NCBI GenBank assembly: GCA_030390025.1
Contig: CM059431.1
Location: forward strand, 128,466,001-128,530,000
From: Squalus acanthias
Lineage: Eukaryota
Direction: 5' to 3'
Length of the DNA: 64,000 bases
Positions 1 to 12,591 of the stretch are shown piece by piece. The notes beneath the pieces were generated by a model. It searched no databases. It was given only the letters and a program-made list of their open reading frames with translations, and was not told the origin of the DNA. A program made the position numbers and the translations under genes. Position 1 is the stretch's first letter. Every line of letters begins with the position of its first letter.

Positions 1-56
1 TCTGGTGACGTCACACTTCGATTACTTTTTACTTCTTTACACACACCGGTCCGTTG

Positions 57-338
57 TAGCCGCTCCCATGGGCCCCCGCTTACCTTTAAATCAGCCGTTC
101 CCGTGGGCCCCCGCTCACCTTTAAATCAGCCGCCGAGGTCTCGCGCTCTCCAGCCGCTCCCGTCGGCCCCCGCTCATCTTTAAATCAGCCGCTCCCGAGG
201 GCCCCCGCTCACCTTTAAATCAGCCGCCGAGGTCTCGCGCTCTCCAGCCGCTCCCGTGGGCCCCCGCTCACCTTTAAATCAGCCGCTCCCGTGGGCCCCC
301 GCTCTCCTTTAAATCAGCCGCCGAGGTCTCGCGCTCTT
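57..338. repeat. Higher-order minisatellite: (A-A-B) x3, 94-bp period
   Basis: 35-bp unit A CAGCCGCTCCCGTGGGCCCCCGCTCACCTTTAAAT and 24-bp unit B CAGCCGCCGAGGTCTCGCGCTCTC; blocks start at ~57, 151 and 245. Confidence 0.9.
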
Positions 339-404
339 CAGCTCCAGTTTGGAAAGAGCTGAAGTTAATGGAGGGTGGAGATGGGAGGCTGGCCAGGAGA
401 ACAA

Positions 405-1118
405 TGGGTGTCCTTGTACATGAGTCACTGAAAGTGAATGTGCAGGTGCAGCAAGCCATTACGAAGGCAAATGTTATGCTGGCCTTCATTACAAGAGGAT
501 TTGAGTACAGGAGTAAAGAAGTCTTACTCCAATTATATAGGGCCTTGGTGAGACCACACCTGGAGTACTGTGTACAATTTTGGTCTCCTTATCTAAGGAA
601 GGATATACTTGCCATAGAGGGAGTGCAACGAAGGTTCACAAGATTGATTCCTGGGATGGCGGGACTGTTGTATGAGAACAGATTGAGTAAACTAGGCCTG
701 TATTCTCTTGAATTCAGAAGAATGAGAGGGGATCTCATTGAAGCATACAAAATTATTACAGGGCTTGATAGGGTGGATGCTGGGAGAAGGTTTCCCTTAG
801 CTGGGGAGTCTAGAACCAGGGGCCACAGCCTCAGGATAAAGGGTAGGCCATTCAGGACTGAGATGAAAATAAATTTCTTCACACAGAGGGTGGTGAATCT
901 TTAGAATTCTCTACCCCAGAGGGCTGTGGAGGCTCAGTCATTGGGTATATTCAAAACAGAAGTCGATAGATTTCTGACTAGTAAGGGCTTCAAGGGATAT
1001 GGCGATAGGGCCGGTGAATGGAGTTGAGGCAGAAGATCAGCCATGATCTCATTGAATGGCGGAGCAGGCTCGAAGGGCCGAATGGCCTACTCCTGCTCCT
1101 ATTTCTTATGTTCTTATG
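405..1118 (+). mobile_element. CR1 LINE, 5'-truncated 3' fragment
   Basis: ORF2 C-terminal motifs LYRALVRPHLEYCVQFWSP, RMRGDLIE, FFTQRVVNL; 3' tail TTCTTATGTTCTTATG. Confidence 0.9.
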
Positions 1119-1839
1119 AATCGTCAATCTGGAGGTGACAAAGACATGGATGAGGTTTTTGTCAGCAGCTGGGTTGAGGCAGGCCGACACGAGTAATGTT
1201 ATGAAGGTGAAAATAGGCAGTATTTGTGCTGAGTGTGGACATCAATTATTGTATTCTATGTTCTTGATGTGTGCTAACATTCGGACATGGAAATTAATAA
1301 TTGTAATGTTATAACCACTGGTTTCATGGGAAATTATAATTTATACTGCAGTGTCTCTTGAAGAGAATGAAATCAACCCCTGGAGATCAAAGCACACTAA
1401 CTGGTAGGGTTTATACTGTAGCAATTGTGGTAAAATACAGTCCATGCCAACTTCACCCAGCTATAAACCTGCCAGCATAAGTGGGCTAATACTGTTTATA
1501 ACTTCATTTTTTGAAGGAATCTTGTTTGGAATGAGTCAGAGCCGCCAATTAAAAGGAAATCATCATTATTCTTTCTTGTTCTCTGACTAATTAAATTGGA
1601 ATCACTAAACCAAAGGGTACACAAGGCATTATGATCAATTTGATGTTTTGTCACATACTTTTTCAGCGTTCGTGCCTCGGAGAAGTTTGAGTGAAAAAGT
1701 CAATATCTGTGTAGGTTAAGATGAAGCGATTTACTTTTCACTTCAAACAGCAATGTAATTGGGGAAATGTTTCCTTATTAGCCCCAGAGAATATCACAAC
1801 ATCATTGGATGCGAAATAGGGCACAATTGGAGGAGCAAC

Positions 1840-2838
1840 TATATGCTGCCTCTTGGCGACATCATCTGAAAGCACAGTGTCAGGTTCCACATGTACGCTG
1901 ACGACACCCAGCTCTACCTCATCACCAGCTCTCTCAACTCCTCCACGGTCTCTAAATTGTCAGTGCTTGTCTGACATCCAGTATTGAATGAGCAGAAATT
2001 TCCTCCAACTAAATATTGGGAAGTTCAATTGTCTTCGGTCACCGCCACAAACTCCGTTTCTGAGCCGCCAACTCCATCCCTCTCCCTGCTGGCAACTGTC
2101 TGAGGCTGAACCAGACTGTTCGCAACCTTGGTGTCATATTTGACCCCTAGATGAGCTTCTGACCACATATCTGCACCATCACTAAGACTGCCTATTTCCA
2201 CCTCCGTAACATTGCCTGATTCGGCCCCTGCCTCAACTCATCTGCTGCTGAAACCTTCATCCATGCCTTTGTTACCCACTAGACTTGACTATTCCAAAGC
2301 ACTCCTGGCTGGCCTCCCATCTTCCCCCTCCATAAACTTAAGCTCATCCAAAAGTCTGCTGCTGCTGCACGTAACCTAACTCGCACCAAGTCCCATTCAC
2401 CCATCACCCCTGTGCTCAGTGATCTAATTGGCCACTGGTTAAGCAAAGCCTCAAGTCACCCTTGTTCTGAAATTCCCCCCATGGCCTCGTGCCTCCCTAT
2501 CTCTATAACCTCCTCCAGCCCAGAACCCGCCGAGATATCTGCACTCCTCCAATTCTAGCATCTTGTGCATCCCCGATTTTAATCACTCCACCAATGGCGG
2601 CCGTGCCTTCAGCTGCTGAGGCCCTATGCTTTGGAATTCCCTCCCTGAACCTTTCCGCCTCTCTACATCCCTTTCCTCCTTTAAGATGCTCCTTAAAACC
2701 TACCTCTTTCACCAATCTGCCCTAATATCGCTTTATGTGCTTGGAGTCAAATTTTGTTTGATAACACTCTTGTGAAGCGCCTTGGGACATTTTATTATGT
2801 TAAAGGCGCTATATAAATGCAAGTTATTGTTGTTGTTG
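1840..2838 (+). mobile_element. L2-type LINE, 3' fragment (degenerate)
   Basis: YADDTQLY at ~1893; 3' end GCGCTATATAAATGCAAGTTATTGTTGTTG; homologous to the copies at 32690-35130 and 43575-44380. Confidence 0.8.
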
Positions 2839-3642
2839 GATATTGAAAATTGCGGTTTGGAAAAGTATTATTTTGTTGCACAGGCACGATAAAGTTTCAC
2901 CTTTATTGACAAAATAGGAAAGGCACATTCTTTTGCCATATTGTTTAGCCAAATTTTTGACCAAGTATAAAGAATTCATCCCTTGCCTCCATGGGTCAGC
3001 CTGCTGAAACTGTCCAATATTTTAAATGTTGTATTTGGATTTTCAGCGACTATTGCTATGTTTTCTGATGGTACAGATTCAGAAATATAGACAAAATATG
3101 CTCAAGGATGAGAGAGAGAGAAGTTGCAACAAATTCTGATTGTACCATAATGGCTGATCGTATCTCTCACCTCAGAAAATTAGGGAAGGTACAGTAGGCA
3201 GATGAGTTGCAAACTGCACTTGTTCTATGTTTTTCTGGGCGCTGTGAAATACAAACTGATCAGTTTCCTTGGCACCCAGGGCCTGAGATGGTATTATTGA
3301 ATCACTTCCTAAAGCAGTTCTGTAATACAAACATTCCATAATGAGACAATCAGTACTGAAAATCCCTGGTGATGAATTCTGCTTTCATTAGGACTACTTC
3401 AATGGAGATTATATGTAGCTAAAAACAGACAGATAATCTCTGCTATGCAATGAATAAATAAAACACGGATATTGTTTACCTCCAGAGATTTTCTAATCTA
3501 GTACAAGACTCATTATGCTCTTAGTGACAATTAGATTTGCTTTCCTTTAGTGGGTTACATATAAGGCATGTTCTGTATACTCTTTATTGGCATGTTCTAT
3601 TATGTAGCGATGAAGGCTGTGAATAATGTTTATGGAGACTAT

Positions 3643-4550
3643 GGGCTCGATTTTAATAGCCCCGAGGAGGCAGGTTTGGAGGCGGGTCTGTTGGAAAAAT
3701 TGGGAACAATGGCTTCAGACACCCAACCTGCCTCCATCCCGCCCCCACCCGATTTTCCTGAGTGTCTGTTTAGCTGCTCCCAAACTAACCCGTCTCCAAC
3801 CGGTGGGACAGGTATTTAAGGTAGTAAACAGCCTGTTAACTGCCTTGCTAATCCTATTTTCATCATGGTTTCCCATTTTCCTGCTTCTGGCTCTTGTTTC
3901 CCGACTAGTCAGAAACAGGCCAGGTTCAAGGAGACGAGTTGCTGGAGGACATGATTTGTATGCATTGGTGGAGCACTTTAAAAGCGCCCCTGAAACATGG
4001 CTGACATTCAAATGCAACAACTTTGCTGTTGTAGGTATGGGATAAGATTTTGCACGTCTACTGACCTTGTGACTGTTCAAGCTGACACCCATCTGCAGTG
4101 TGTCATGAATGGAATTATTTCAGGCCACTTCGACTGTGCGCTTGCAATATTGTTACCTCAAATGAAATCTATAGCAAGGGATGGGAAACATTTATGCCCT
4201 CTCATCCTGTTCCTCATAATCAGTGGAGTAGCAGCCCCGTGGCTCACCACAAATCTTCCTGGGCAGAGGAGTAGGAGTAGGACGAGGGGAGCCTTGCATG
4301 CCCTGTTGTAACTAATGCAGCATCTTTCCAGTCCACTGTTGCTCGTCAACCAGGGTATGCACACTGCCATGCCACACTACCATAAGCTTACTCTTTGACC
4401 AAAGGTGGCCACCTTTTCGCTCTGTAATTGCAGGTGACACTTGTCCAATGTCATACTTCATCTCTGCTAGACCCTCGTATTTCCTATCACTTTTACCATC
4501 AGCATTACAAATGTAAGTCGCTCTGAGCCCTCAATAAACTTTTGCCATTT
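3643..4550. mobile_element. Possible decayed Harbinger-derived non-autonomous element
   Basis: Starts GGGCTCGATTTT, like other GGGC..AATTT termini in this window; no matching right TIR found. Confidence 0.3.
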
Positions 4551-4553
4551 CCC

Positions 4554-6370
4554 AGAACACATAGAAACATAGAAGATAGGAGCAGGAGTAGGCCATTCGG
4601 CCCCTCGAGCCTGTTCCGCCATTGAATGAGATCATGGCTGATCATCCAAATTCAGTACCCTGTCCCTGCTTTCTCCCCATATCCCTTGATCCCTTTAGCC
4701 TTAAGAAATATATCAAACTCCTTCTTGAATATATTTAATCAATTGGCCTCAACTGCCTTGTGTGGTAGAGAACTCCACAGGTTCACCACTCTCTGGGTGA
4801 AGAAATTCCTCCTCATCTCAGTCCTAAATGGCTTACCCCTTATCTTTAGACTGTGACCCCTGGTTCTGGACTCCCCCGCCATCGGGAACATCCTTCCTGC
4901 ATCTAGTCTGTCTAGTCCTGTTAGAATTTTATAAGTTTCAATGAGATCCCCTCTCATTCTTCTAAACTCTAGCGAATATAAGCCTAATTGACCCAATCTC
5001 TCCTCATACGTCATTCCTGCCATCCAAGGTATCAGTCTGGTGAATCTTCGCTGCACTCTCTCCATGGCAAGAACTTCCTTCCTCAGATAAGGTGATCAAA
5101 ACTGCACACAATACTCAAGGTGTGGTCTCATAAAGGCCCTGTACAACTGTAGCAAGACATCCTTGCTCCTGTACTCAAATCCTCTCGCTATGAAGGCCAA
5201 CATACCATTAGCCTTCTTAACCGCCTGCTGCACTTGCATGCTTACCTTCAGCAACTGGTGCGCAAGGACACCCAGGTCTTGTTGCACTTCCCCTTTTCCC
5301 AATCTATTGCCGTTCAGATAATAATCTGTCTTCCTGTTTTTGCCACCAAAGTGGATAACCTCACATTTATCCACATTATACTGCATTTGCCATGCATCTG
5401 CCCAATCACCCAACCTGTCCAAATCATACTGGAGTTTCTCGGCATCCTCCTCACAGCACACACGCTCACCCAGCTTTGTGTCATCTGCAAACTTGGAGAT
5501 ATTACATCTAGTTCCCTCATCTAGATCATTAATATATATTGTGAATAGCTGGGGTCCTAGCACCGATCCCTGCGGTACCCCACTAGTCACTGCCTGCCAC
5601 TCGGAAAAACACCCGTTTATTCCAACTCTTTGCTTCCTGTCTGCCAACCAGTTCTCTATCCAAGACAGTACCTTACCCCCAATCCCTTGTGCTTTAACTT
5701 TGCACGCTAATCTCTTATGCGGGACCTTATCGAAAGCCTTCTGAAAGTCCAAATACACCACATCCACTGGTTCTCCCTTATCTATTCTACCAGTTACATC
5801 TCAAAAAAGTCCAGTAGATTAGTCAAGCATGATTTACCTTTTGTAAATCCATGTTGACTTTGTCCGATCCTGTCACTGTTTTCCAAGTGCTCTGCTATTA
5901 AAACTTTTATAATGGACTCGAGCATTTTCCCCACTACCGATGTCAGACTTACCGGTCTATAATTCCTCATTTTCTCTCCACCACCTTTTTTAAATAGTGG
6001 GGTTACATTAGCTATCCTCCAATCCATGGGAACTGTTCCAGAGTCCATAGAATTTTGGAAGATGACCAGCAATGCATCTACTATTTCTAGGGCCACTTCC
6101 TTAAGTACCCTAGGATGTAGATTATCAGGCCCTGGGGATTTATCGGCCTTCAATCCGTCAATTTCCCTAACACGATTTCCCTATAAATACTGATTTCATT
6201 CAATTCCTCCCTCTCATTAGACCTTATGTTCCCCGACATCTCTGGGAGGTTATTTGTGTCCTCCTTTGTGAAGACAGAACCAAAGTATGTATTCAATTGG
6301 TCTGCCATTTCTTTGTTCCCCATTATAAATTCCCCTGATTCTGACTGCAAGGGACCTACACTTGACTTCA
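4554..6370 (-). mobile_element. CR1 LINE, 3' half (RT region, disrupted), interrupted by the provirus
   Basis: YLDFQKAFDKV, GVPQGSVLGP, KFADD, RPHLEYCVQF; the sequence continues seamlessly at 22175. Confidence 0.93.
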
Positions 6371-7977
6371 TGTAAGGGTTGCGTGTCTCAGACGGTGCTG
6401 GTGCGAGGTTAGGCCTTTGTTGCCTAATACCATTGCTTGCTCTGGTCTCCGGCCAGCCTTATTGCAATAAGCACCTGTGAGTGGTTCGACCCACTCGTAC
6501 TTACGGTTCTAACACTGGACTTAGGTGCAGGGAGCAGTAATGCAGAGAAAACTCAAATAGACCAGGTTGAATAGTACAAAATGGAAATCTTTATTGCATA
6601 GCGTCCAAAATCATGAAGTACATGTCATAGGCGCAAATTAACGAGAGTACAAGTATACATACATTCATAAAGCTTGGTCTATGGAAATGAAGAACACACG
6701 GCACATCATAGAAAGGGGAACACATTATATCTTAACCTTAAAAACCACCCTCCCTTAACAATACCTACACTACGTCTAGATTTGTAGGATCTGAAAACAT
6801 GCTCACCACTCGTGTTACTTCGGAGAATTTTAAAGTGAGGCACTCAGCTCGTTTCGCTGCAGCGCCTGACTGTCACGTGTTTGGAAGGGTCTCTGTACCC
6901 CACTTGTTTATTTTCGCTGCTGCGACAAGCAGGCCAGACTCCCTGTTGTCATGAAGAACTCGACGGACCTCAGACACAGTTCAAAGAAGAGTCTTCCTGT
7001 GCTCGATACCGGTTGTCGGTAGATTTCAATGAAAAGTTCTTTATTTATATTTTCGGGCGCGGTCGGGGTTTACTGACTGTGGCGGCACGTGGATTCTTCT
7101 CCTTTTCTTCTCGTCTCATCTCGTCTCTTCAGGCCTCCGGGTCCAGACACCGTTTACCGACACTCGGGATGGTGCACCCTGTTACTTGCCCTTGTCGGGG
7201 CGGCTCGTTCCGATTGAGCTCCACCCAACACTCCAATTACCGACCAGTACGGCTAAGAGTCAAGAGTCAACAAAGTCCAGAGAAAACACAAAAGTCCAGC
7301 CCTAAGAAAGAGCTTCAGCAATGGTCCGCTGAGAGATAAGAGACTGATGGACATTTGTTGTCTATAGTTATAGTGCTGTGTTCCCTTATCTCCCGCTCAA
7401 ATCTTAATGTTTGTCCTTTGTGTAATATTGGCGCTCAAAACTCCCAGCATGGGGCGATTCTTCTCTCTAACGGGTTTCGGTAGCACCTGAAACTGGCCAA
7501 CTATCCGTTAATGTTTTCCCCATTGTTGGTCCAGCCAGTAGTCTCCCTGACTGGTTTTGGGGCCTCCCCGAATACTGACTTAATCACCCGTCAATGTCTC
7601 TCTCATTGTAGAGCCGTGGGGGTATTTGTGTATTGATGTGTCTGGATGGGCCTTCGATTGCCCAGTACAATGATCCTTACTTGTGCATGGAAAACGATTC
7701 CAGCACTTATATCTTTGCTATTGTTCCAAATGCAAACGGGTTGCATCCTGTCTTTATCAGTGTTTACCGAGTATGCTCCAATCTTATATTGAATGTTTAT
7801 TCGACGCCATCTTGTCTGCCCACTGTATTTCTGGAAGCTTCTGCCACGATGCGCGGCGGCCATTTTACAGGCTTCTGTGTCCTTTATTTTCAGGACAGCA
7901 TTTTGTTTAATAAAACTGATCAAACGAGTCTGCTTCTCTCTCGTTATTTTGAATCACGATAATTGCGAAACTTTACA
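6371..7977 (-). repeat. 3' LTR (1607 bp)
   Basis: TGTAAGGG...CTTTACA; direct repeat of 19822-22174; minus-strand AATAAA at ~6590 and TATAA-like motif at ~7370. Confidence 0.95.
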
Positions 7978-7989
7978 GTCCCTCCTGTT
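7978..7989 (-). promoter_or_regulatory. Polypurine tract
   Basis: Minus strand AACAGGAGGGAC directly abuts the TG of the 3' LTR. Confidence 0.75.
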
Positions 7990-8374
7990 GATGCGAATAA
8001 CTCCGCTTATCGTATCAATTAAAAATGGTGGTGAGCAAAATTATCCCGATTCTCCACATCCAAACACTCCCGGTACTTAAACTATCTATGGCCTCCATGC
8101 AGTCCTCATTTCCCAGGGAAATTACATTGTCTAAACTTGGACAAATCATAGGCAACATTGCCTTTAAACTTACACTGCGTATACGCCTTCCAGGTGCAAA
8201 AGGCCGATGCCTCTTGCACCACCTGTATATGCATGTTTTATTATACAAGGAAAAATAATCAAAACAACTATTTTAAAAAAAATACAAAAGTTCCAAACTT
8301 AGTTACACATACTCATAACTAATAACAATTACAAAAACACACATGGTAAAATGGAGCGGCGTCATCCTGGCCGT

Positions 8375-10711
8375 TTACGCGGTACTTTCTTTGTTCACGC
8401 GCACGTAACGTTCTCTCCACTCCCCTGTGTTCTCCTGCTTTGTGAGGCGTTTGCCTCTTTTGCAGTGTCCGACTAATAGGTACACTACAATTACGACTTG
8501 ACACACTACCAAAATGTGGGAGGCTATCCTGATCTATGAAGGAACTTCAATATTATTGAACAGATCCCACCACGGTGGGATTACTATGTCCAGTATCTCT
8601 GTCCCTATCTCTACAGTCTTTTGTTCCAGGGTGTAAAAATGTTTCTGTGATACCATGACGGCTTTTAAAATCTTGGTGAGGTGTTCAGGGAGAGGGGGAA
8701 TGATGTATCTGAAATGCGCGACGAATCGCTGCAAGTCTGTGAAATTCTCTTTTACAGTGAGGTGAACAGTGGATGGTTCAGGGATCGGGACAATTCGCTG
8801 TTGTGCCACTTGAACTTCAGCCCTGGGTTTAAAACAGAAACTGCTGTCACTCACCGGACACCGGCTGTGCTGTCCATGCTGGTAGTGTTGTGCTGCAGTG
8901 GTAACGCAATACGTTCCACCCCCTATGTATGCCACCTGCGGAGGTACATGATCTTGTGTCATTGCTTCCATGGTGCAATTCATGGGTTTCGCGCTAGCCG
9001 TTCTGAACCCGCATTGTGGTGTTAAAAAGGCATTCAAGTGCTGGGGACACAGGATGATGTGTGCTCCCCGGGCACGACAACCTGTCATCGTTTGCTCCCA
9101 GCGGATGACGTAAGGTGGGACCGCTGCGTAGCGAATGTGGGCTCCCCCCTGAATGACACCAATGTTCTCCACCCGATACACCGGGGCGGGCTTTGCTGTG
9201 TCGCCCAACTCCGGCATCCGTAGTACTATACCCATGATGGTATGATTTGACCGTCCGCAGTCCACGGGGACTGGGTATGCCTCTGAGGCTAGCCTGAGCT
9301 GGCACGGGCTTAATGCGTTCTGAAAAGGGTGGAGCACCTGCAGGTGTTTGTTACTTATCCAGGACGGGACCAAACCTTGTTTTAAATCCTCCAAATTACT
9401 GCGGCCCTCGCCCAGTAACCACGCCCCGTATAGTACGCACACCTCGTTCTGCGCAGCTTGATCGGATGCGTTCCGATCTTCCCTGATCAGGGCACTTACC
9501 GTTCTCGCATGCTACTCCAGCTCTGCTATAATCTCTTTTAAGTGTAGTGTCATGGCCTGGTCCTTGTGTAACTCAGACCCTACTAATGTGTTTTCGCTTG
9601 TGAGGATGCTTTTTAACTGTGTTTTTAAACCGTTGATCTGGGTCTGCAGCTCCACGTTGTCTAGAGCGTTGACCACAGATGTTCCCGTATTAAAAGCAGT
9701 GAACACATCATTCACAACACCCCTTCTTTTTCTCCCCACCTGACCCAAAACTTCGTGTGGTGTGGTGTACAAGCTTGTTTTGTCAACCTCTGCAAAATCA
9801 AACTCATAAAATTGCCTGAACATGTTTGTTAACAGGACCTGGTATAATTGTTCCGTTTCTTTGGGACACCACTCTGGTAAATGCACCTCGGTGAGGTTTA
9901 GTATCACCGAGGCCACCGCGTAATGTACCCCCTGATACAGTATCTGATCTGTTGGCACCAGTACCAGACCATTCCCGGGCCCCTTAGTGGCTTTAGGGCA
10001 CCCTTCCTCCTGAGCCAAAGCCACCGGAATCGTGGGTGGAGACTTGCGTGGGCGCGTGATGAGTTCAGTGGCGTTTACCGGGATCGGGGAGAATGGAGCT
10101 CCGCACCCCTTTGTGCTGACATCCCACCTCATCCCTTTCCCGTTATCCTGCCACTGGTGTACGAAAAATATGGATATACCCTTGGGGCAAACGTACTTCG
10201 ATCCCCACATACAAACATATATTCCCTCATCCGGTTCCCACCATTTGTCCCAACAGACTTGCAATTGTCCGTTAGTCCCCGTAATTGTCCGATGGGTATT
10301 GTTACCCAATCGCTCGCACTCAGCCGAAGAATTTCTCATAGTCTTGCTTAACTTCCGTAACCACCACCATCGGCTCAATGGGACCTTCCCATTGCATGTC
10401 AAACAAATCCTTTTGCCGACGGTGACGCTGATTCTGGGTGCAATGATCCTCACTCTGGGGCACAGCAAAGAAGTCTCTTTGTAGGCAAATTCGGATGCCC
10501 TGGAGTATTCCGTCGAATTCGTTCCCAGCCATCCCGGCCACCTTCCCTTGTGGAAATAAGTGGCGGTTTCCTCGACCTCTCGCTCCCCGGTCCCATCCGT
10601 CGCGATGGGGCCCGTGTCCCCGGAGCAACCGAACACAACGACATCCTTGGTGAGGCCCCGATAGGCCAATCCATATCCGATCATTGCGAGCACTATCAGA
10701 ATCCTTTCCAT
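8375..10711 (-). pseudogene. env: env: class I fusion glycoprotein (~778 codons; in-frame stops at 9512-9514 and 8534-8536)
   Basis: One frame throughout: signal peptide MERILIVLAMIGYGLA, furin site RKRR (9722-9733), heptad LDNVELQTQINGLKTQLKSIL, Cys-rich region, TM IASHILVVCQVVIVVYLLVG after the second stop, basic cytoplasmic tail. Confidence 0.88.
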
Positions 10712-11431
10712 CTTTCCTGGTTCCTGTGATCAGATAAAATGATGTAGCCAGCCTCCCAAGAGTCTCTGGCTTTTGTGAAGGGTGAGCGGGTCCCTTGACC
10801 TCGTCTCACGTAAAAAGACATGTATGCTGGATAGACTTTAACTATTCCTATCACTAACTCCCATCATTTTACCATTTACTTTTAAAAATAAACTACAATC
10901 TTACCAAACTTAAAACACTATGGGGGAAAAATTCAGTTGGTTGCGCCTCCCATTAGCGCCTTAAGAGGGCGCTAATGGGGCGCAAAGCAGCTCGGGCCCG
11001 GGCGCAGCGATGTTTGCGCTGCTCGCGAACTTAACTAGACATTTTGTGGCGGCGCTAAACTTTATCGCCGCGATCTCCTGCGCGCGCAGATTGTGACGTC
11101 ATACGAGAGTGCAACGCCCTTGTGACGCCCCGGAGCAGAATTTCTGTGGCGCCCCCATCCTTACCACCTGGCGCATCCAATGACCGGAAGAGTGGATCGC
11201 TAACAATCGCTGTGGGGCTGGGGGGGGCGCTATTTAAAGGTGGCCTCTTCCTGTCTTTCTCTGTGGTTGACATTTTTGCACCACTCGTTCTGAGAGAGAG
11301 AGAGAGATTCGGAGAGAGAGAAAGAGAGACTTCTGCATTGAGTCAACGCTGTGTGAGTTAGTTTTGGCTACTCATCCTAACTTCGCTGGTACTTTGGTTT
11401 CTGGCCTTCATAACTTTGCTTGCTAAGAGAT

Positions 11432-12461
11432 ATGGGGGCTGCACTGATGGGGGGCGTCGTCCTGCGCCAGCTGAATCGGAGGAGACAGAGACGCAGAGAG
11501 AGAGTGGCAATGATGGCCAGACGGAGGAGGGCCAACAGGCGTCTGTACAGGAGAGCTTACTCTCCCAGGGTACATCGTGAACAGCTCTCCTACATTCATA
11601 TGTCTGATGAGCAGTGTCTGCGAAAATGCGCTTCAGCAAGGAGGTGGTCACTGAGCTCTGCCATCTGCTGCAGCCAGATCTGCAGCCTCAACTGAGGTCC
11701 AGGACGTCTCTGTCTGTGGCAGTGAAGGTCACAGTGGCTCTGAACTTTTATGCTACTGGCTCATTTCAATCTGCTGTTGGGGACATCGCCAATATCTCCC
11801 AGTTCGCGGTGCATTGCTGCATCAGGAAGGTCACAAATGCCCTCTTTAAAAGGAGACGAGAGTTCATCTCTTTCCCCATGACCCCAGATAAGCAGCAAGA
11901 ACGCGCTCTGGGCTTTGCGAGGATAGCGGGCTTCCCCATGGTGCAGGGCGCCATTGACTGCACGCATGTGGCTTTGTGTGCTCCGCATGAGAATGCCGAG
12001 GATTTCCGGAACAGAAAGGGGTTCCATTCCTTGAATGTTCAGTTGGTCTGTGACCACAGACAGCTGATACTCGCTGTCAATGCCCACTATCCTGGCAGCT
12101 GCCACGATGCTTTCATCCTGCGCCAGACTACTGTGGCAGAACTTTTCGAGGCACCGCATCAGCCATTTGGTTGGCTTCTCGGGGACAAGGGGTATCCACT
12201 GAGCACCTGGCTGATGACACCACTCCGTACGCCCAACACCCCTGCTGAGCTGCGGTACAACGAGAGCCATCAAGCTACCAGGAACATCGTGGAGCACACA
12301 ATCGGCGTGCTCAAGCAACGGTTCCGCTGTCTCGACCATTCTGGAGGAGCCCTGCAGTACTCGCCTGAGCGAGTTTCCAACATCGTAGTTGTGTGCTGCA
12401 TGCTGCATAACATGGCAATCCTCAGGACCCAGCCAATGCCACCAGGCCTTGGAGCACCACC

Positions 12462-12492
<31 letters not shown>

Positions 12493-12591
12493 GAGGAGGA
12501 TGATCAGCAGCAGCACCAAGGCGTGAGGGCGGCCCACAATGGTGAAACTGCAAGGGCCGTCCGTCAGCGGCTGATAGCAAGCCGCTTCTAG
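11432..12591 (+). pseudogene. Harbinger DDE transposase (HARBI1-like), one frameshift at ~11623
   Basis: GAIDCTHV, YPGSCHDAFIL, LLGDKGY, VEHTIGVLKQRFRCL, CCMLHN, acidic tail; adding one A in CGAAAATG joins the two ORFs. Confidence 0.9.

Noticed and set aside
6881..7339. 152-aa ORF repeated at 21078-21536 (also 7603-7923 / 21800-22120)
   Set aside because: Repeated only because it lies in near-identical LTRs; non-ATG start and no recognisable motif
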